Shown here: positions 18,601-23,877 of the stretch, one piece after another
Layout: each line of letters starts with the position of its first letter
How positions within the stretch are numbered: the stretch's first letter is position 1
Assembly (NCBI GenBank): GCA_001643675.2
Contig: LSRY02000097.1
Coordinates: 1-23,877 of the forward strand
Source of the DNA: Monocercomonoides exilis PA203
Taxonomy: Eukaryota; Protista; Preaxostyla
Direction: 5' to 3'
Length of the DNA stretch: 23,877 nucleotides
Translations under genes and position numbers: made by a program
Notes under the pieces: generated by a model
What the model was told of the DNA's origin: nothing
The model's database searches: none
What the model saw: only the letters and a program-made list of their open reading frames with translations

Positions 18601-21600
18601 GATGATGTTGTAGCAGCTTTGAGAGGAGAAGGGAAGAAGAGAAAGAGGAGGAGAAAAGGAGAAGGGGAAGAAGGGGAAGGAGAGGAAGAAGAAGGAGAAG
18701 AGGAGGATGAAGGTGAAGAGCAAAACGGAGAAGAAGAAGAAGAAGGAAAAGAAGCAGAAGAGGAAGAGCTGAATGGAGACGAAGAAGAAAACGAAGAGGA
18801 GAAAGAGAATGAGGAAGGAGAAGAAGGTGAAGGCGAAGAAGGAGAGGAAAGTGTTGATACATCTGTCATTTCTGATCCGAAGCTGTTCAACTGGCCTGTT
18901 CATGAGATGCTTGTGGAGAGCGATCGATGGCTATTCCCGTTGGAAAGAGCAGACGAGGTGGCAAAGGCGAAAAGGACTGCATCTGCAATGATGGCATATC
19001 ATATAGGAAGTGCTGCTTCTTCTGCTTCTGCTTCGTCTTCTGCTTCAGCCTCTTCTTCATCTTCAGCTTCATCTTCGTCTTCTCTTCTATCTTCATCAAG
19101 ACATCTTTCAGTTCATTCAGAATCTGCCTCATCCTCCTCATCATCATCCTTCCATGACCCCTTCGATCTCTCTTCCCTCGAGCCTCTTCTCTCCTTCTAT
19201 GCTCCTCGAAAGGGTATTTCTGATCCAACCACAGATGGCACTCCAACGACAGCACAGGTGATGAACTACGAAGCTGTCTCTGGATCAGCTGCAGTTGTGG
19301 CTGTGGACTTCCCTCAGAAGGGCAAAGAGGGGAGAGATCAAAAGAAAAAAGGGAAGGAAAAAGAAGGAGAGAGGAAAATGGTGAGTCAGATTCAATCATC
19401 ATCATCATCTTCTTCTTCTTCTTCCTCATTGTCATCATCTTCTTCTTCAATGCCACCAATTCGTTTATCTCTCCATCTTCTGCATCTCGTTCACTTCTTG
19501 CCTCCCAATCTATTCGTCGTCCATCTTCTCCTTCTTCTCCTTCTTCTACCAGTCGTGCAATCACTCAGCCACTTTATTCAACATTCCAGTCATCTTCCAC
19601 TTCATCTGGCACTTCTGTCTCTTGCTCATTCACTCCTTCACATTCATCTTCATCTCAATCATCATCATCTTCCTCCTCCTCCTCTTCTTCTTCTTCTTCT
19701 CTTTCTTCTTGATGCTCCTCCACTCCCACCCAAACACCCCCTCCCTCCTCCTCTCGTCAACCCTCGTCCAAAGCATCTCCTCCGCCTCTCTTCTTCTCAT
19801 TCTCCCTCTGAACTTCTATCACAACTAGCCACATCTATTCAGGACACTCTTCCTCTTCCCCCAGCCTATCCACTCCCTCCCTCCGCTGCCTCTTCCTTTA
19901 CTCCTCTTTCCTCCTCCATCTCTCTCCACTCTCTTTCTCAACCACCTCTGTGCCCTTCTCCTTTGGATCCCATCAACCGCATCCCTCTCCTCTCCTCTTT
20001 AACTGTACCACTTATGCCCCCACAGCTCCTGTTCCCTCTTCCCAGAGACAGATGGGCGAATCACACTGGAGCACCACTGCCACCGCATCCAACAGGAAAC
20101 AGAGTGGATGTGAGTGAAGTGGAAGAGCTGAAGGAGAAGAAGAGGAAGATGGAAGAATGGGAAAGAAGCATCAAAGTGAGGGGTGGAAGAATATGAGGAT
20201 GCGTTTGTGATTGAAGACTATGAGGAAGAGATAGAAGTGAAGGAGAAGGTTGTGAAGGAGAAAGCGAAAAGGGCTGAAGAAGAGGGTGAAAATGGTGCTG
20301 AACAAAAATGAGGCAAATGAGAAAGGAGAGGAAGATGAGAATGCTCCAATGCCATTGAACAGAGAAGGAGAGGAAGAAGAAGGAAATGGAGAAGAAGGGA
20401 AAGAGGAAGGAAGAATGAACGAAGGAGAAGCAGAAGAAGAAGGCAATGAAAACGAGGAAGGAGAAGGTGAAGAAGGAGAAGAAGAAGGAAAAGGAGAGGA
20501 CGAAGAGCCAGAGGAAGAATACATCACAGTGATGAAGACAGTCAAAAGACAGCGTCTTCTTCACAAAAATCCACCAAGAGAGCCAACGCCATTCAACGAG
20601 CTGAAGGAGAGATGGAGCAAGATGGTGGATGTGTTCAAGACAGACAAGGAAATAGAGAAGGAGCAGGCAGAGCAGAAGAAGAGGAAAGAGAAACAAAGAG
20701 AAGATTTGAGGCTGATGATTGCATTGGCCGAGAGGAGGCAGCAGGCAGCTCCGTCTGCTGTGCTGGAAAGAAGAATTGGGCGTCTGCAGAAGCAGCTGCG
20801 GAAGTTGGAGAGGGAGATGAAGCGGGAAGCAACAGACGACTCGAAGGAGGAAGTGAATGAGATGGCGAGTTATTTCACAAGGAGATCAGAAGAAGGCGAA
20901 AGAGAGGCTGAGGAAGGGGAGATGCAAGTGAACGGGCACTGGACAGAAGCTGAGCTGAATGCGGTGGAGACAGAAGAGGAGAAAGCAGACTGGGAGAAGC
21001 GGCTGGTCAGTGTGGAGTTTGTGAACCACATTCCACCAACAGACAATTCTCTTGATGAAAGTGCTGTGCTGGACTCTCTGAGCGAAGTGGCACGCACACA
21101 CCTGGGGGGACTGCAGGTGCATCCATTCTACAGACACTTCTGCCCTGTCCATTGGGCACTCCACAGACACGACAAGAGAGGAGGAGGAGAAAGAGGAGGA
21201 GGAATTGAGCATCCGAAGCTGGTGAGGGGAAGCTTGCAGAACGCAGTGGGGTATCGTGGGTACATCTTCCTTTTGTCTTCGAGAAGAAGAGCGCGGTTGT
21301 TCGTGGCCAATCCACGCAGATTCTTGAGAGTTGGCCCGCCGCTTCCAGAAGACTGCCCAGATGAGCCGGTGGAGAAGGGGAAGGACGGAAATGCAGATGA
21401 GGAAGAAGAGGATGAAGATATCAATGCAACAGATGGGAATGGCTCTTCAGGGTTGGAAGCAAATGATGATGAGGAAGAAGAGGAAGAGGAGGAGGAAGGA
21501 GCAGAGAATGAAAGAGAAGAAGGAATGGCAGGTGGAGAAGGAGAAATGAACGAAGGAGAGAATGAAGGAGCAGACGGCGCTGAAGGCGCAGACGGCACAG

Positions 21601-23877
21601 CTAATCTTTCAAATAGCTCACCGATTAGCAAAAAGAAAGAGAAAGAAGCAGTTCCTCTGCCACCCGTGAGCATTCCGCTGAGCAAGACGCCTGTTGAGAA
21701 GAGCGGACTTCGTGTTATTGTTGTTGGGCCACCCTTGTCAGGAAAATCGACTGTGGCGCATGTTCTGTCACGAGTACTCAATCTACGTGTGATTGATGTG
21801 GAAGACCTGCCTCCAACCGCATCGAAGCAGATTGCACTGGACGAGGCGAAGGAGATTGTGAGTGGCGGATCTATTTCAGCAGACACATTGGCTGCGCATA
21901 TTGCAGAGTCATGTAGAGCAGCTGATCCAACACCAGACGATGAAGAAGGAGAAGGAGAAGGAGACAAAAGTGTGGAAGAGGAAAAGAAGAAATTAACTGG
22001 AAAAGAACAAAAAGAGAAGCAAACAGAAATGCATCTAACAGCACTGTATACACCACCTGATCCATATGCACTGGCAGCGAAAGCAGCAGAAGCGGCAAAG
22101 GCAACAGCTTCAGCGTTACTTTTTGAAGTGACAGCTGCCTCGCAAAAGGGGAAGAAAGGGAAGAAAGGCAGTGAGAAGGAGAAGAGCGGAGCAAGTGGAA
22201 GCAAAAATGATGGAGACAAGAAAGGGAAAAAGAAAGAAGACTCCAAAACAGCCGGAAAGAAGAGCACAAAAGACGAAAAGAAAGGAAAAGGCTCCAACCA
22301 AAAGGGGAAGAAAGACACATCCAACAGCGATGCCACAGTCGAAGGAGAAAGTGGCGCAGATGCAGAGATAGAGCCGATGCCGTATGCTGCGAGTCTGCCC
22401 TTTGCGAAGGGAGACTACCGTGGGTGGGTGCTCGACGGCTTCCCCGCGACGAAAGAGCAGGCAGCAGCGCTGCTGCGGTGTGGAGTGCAGCCAGATGTGG
22501 TTGTGGTGCTTGGGGCAAGTGATACGGATGAAGCACCGGCGGAGGCAGTGCAGGAGATCCAGCTGTCACTGAGGGCAGCACGAGTGGTGGAGGCAGTGAG
22601 GAAGGAAGGCATGGGGAGAAGGGGAAGTTTTGAGGGAGAAAGAGGAGATGAAGATGAGTGGAGCGAAGAGATGGGTGTGCACCCAGCAATTGTGGGGAGA
22701 ATGGGGTTGTTCAAAAAGGAGAGTGCAAAAGTGCTGCATCTGCTGTCGAAGGACGATGCAGAATATGCCAATGCTGCAGAAGACGATGAAAATGAGGAGG
22801 AGAACGAAGAAAGAGAAGGTGAAGGAGAAGGAGAAGATGGAGATGGTGATGAAGCTGACAATGATAATACCGATCAAAACAGAACCACTTCCAAAAAGAA
22901 ATCCAAAGGCAAGCTACTTCCAATCCCGGACTGTTTCGCCCGCATTGTGAAAGTGCCATATACTCTTCCAATGCACCTGTCACACGGGAGAGTGCTGCAA
23001 TCTGTGTGTCCTGTGTTCCCCAGAGCAGAAAGGATGGAAAGCTACGACGATGTCCTGCCCACACAGCGCGTCTTTGGCTGGTCGCGGCACTTCTGCCCAG
23101 TCACATTCAAGGAAGAGAATGCACTGGTGGTGGGGGACAGCCAGTTCTGCTGCATCTACCGCAGCCATGTCTACTTGTTTGCAGGGGCGGAGCAGCAGGC
23201 GCGATTTATGGATGCTCCTTTCTATTATGCAGAAGGAGGGCCAGGCTGTGTGCCTCCTCTGAGATGTGTGGTGGTTGGGTCGCACGGAGCAGGGAAGACA
23301 ACAGCAGCAGAGATGATAGCGAAGCAGTGTGGTGTGCGGGTGATTGGAAGGAAAGAGGTGATGATGTGGAAGAAAGAAGAGGAGATGCAGCAGAAACGAG
23401 CAGCAGAGCTGGCGGCGGCTGGAATGAAAGCAGAGAATTTAGCAAAGAAAGAGGCGAGGTTGGCGAAGAAAGAATACAAGCGTGTCGAAGAGGAGAGGAA
23501 GAAAGAGGCAGCAGAAGCAGCCAGATTGGCGTCTGGTTCGAAGGCGGGTCTGTCAGAAAAGGACAGAAAGAAGAAGAAGCCGAAGGTGGACTACGAGAAA
23601 GAGGAGGATGAGGAAAAGGAGAAAGATGCAGAGGAAGAAGGAGCTGAGGAAGAGGAAGAAGAAGGCAGAGATGAAAATGACGAAAATAACTTTGACATGG
23701 AAGAAGGAGAAGAAGGCGAAGAACGCACAGCAGAGGAAGAAGGAGAGGAAGCAGAGGCAGATATTCCAGTGTTCCCGCTCCTCATCTCTCGTCTGAAGGC
23801 GCTGAAAGGGTTTGTGCTGGATGGCTACCCAACAACCGCCGAAGACTGCGAGGTGCTGCTGAAGGATGGGCTGTGCC
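15632..23877 (+). CDS. AK9: Adenylate kinase 9-like multi-domain nucleotide kinase, greatly expanded; introns 15672-15722, 15757-15824, 16024-16092; 3' end beyond window
   Basis: Three P-loops: GPSLSGKTT (15899-15925), GPPLSGKST (21726-21752), GSHGAGKTT (23277-23303). Three G(Y/W/F)VLDG(L/F/Y)P motifs. Two AK9-type YHS-like modules: FCPV...LVRG...AVGYRGYIFLLSS...LFVANPRRFL from 21138, and FCPVTF...LVVG...YRSHVYLF...RFMDAPFYY from 23091. LSSGQAIDDALVL matches the first AK9 domain. The frame is open from 20310 to the window end; several indels lie upstream. Alternative starts are ATG 15603 or 15651. Confidence 0.88.
17905..18850 (+). repeat. Degenerate GAA/GAG/GGA/AAG low-complexity tract (Glu/Gly/Lys-rich) within AK9
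   Basis: Strongly purine-biased sense strand made of imperfect trinucleotide runs. Confidence 0.8.
19008..20045 (+). repeat. Degenerate TCT/TCA/CCT low-complexity tract (Ser/Pro-rich) within AK9
   Basis: Mostly pyrimidine-rich sense strand with (TCT)n/(TCA)n runs, switching abruptly from the upstream purine block. Confidence 0.8.

Noticed and set aside
19455-19712. Leu/His-rich transmembrane-like segment in ORF 17635-20196
   Set aside because: An alternative frame gives Ser/Pro-rich sequence matching the flanks, so this is probably a pair of compensating indels.
5572-20311. Stop-codon reassignment or selenocysteine readthrough at premature TGA/TAA
   Set aside because: Coding continues in a different frame after each stop examined, and both TAA and TGA end genes at homologous termini.
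16560-23785. Long minus-strand ORFs (e.g. 17677-18903, 21128-22336) that look hydrophobic
   Set aside because: Reverse complements of GAA-rich AK9 coding sequence; all conserved motifs are on the plus strand.
12062-23877. Functional ciliary gene cluster (TMEM231 + AK9)
   Set aside because: Only two genes, separated by three unrelated housekeeping genes.
1-23877. CRISPR arrays, transposons, tRNA/rRNA genes
   Set aside because: No regularly spaced repeats, terminal repeats, transposase/RT motifs or recognisable structural RNA. Small intronic ncRNAs cannot be excluded without a covariance-model search.

Overview
This is gene-dense eukaryotic DNA from a flagellated protist. Short AT-rich spliceosomal introns, tiny intergenic spacers and extreme poly-Ser/poly-Glu inflation resemble an oxymonad such as Monocercomonoides, but that is an inference. 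Seven genes are reconstructed: (1) a giant low-complexity orphan on the minus strand running off the left edge; (2) NOC1/MAK21/CEBPZ (+); (3) TMEM231 (-, 6 introns, one GC-AG); (4) TRAPPC4/Trs23 (-); (5) a POLE3/Dpb4-like histone-fold protein (+); (6) RPB12/POLR2K (-, 58 aa, 3 exons, absent from the ORF track); (7) a hugely expanded AK9 (+) running off the right edge. Most ORFs in the supplied track are antisense or off-frame shadows. Many single-base frameshifts fall in homopolymers and are most likely sequencing errors. The strongest unexplained signals are cis-regulatory: a sense-strand WCCCA(T/G) motif 17-41 nt upstream of five start codons, a non-canonical GTTTG-type 5' splice-site consensus, and a head-to-head spacer of only about 46 bp. 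No mobile elements, RNA genes or CRISPR arrays were recognised. Homolog comparisons are from memory and need database confirmation.
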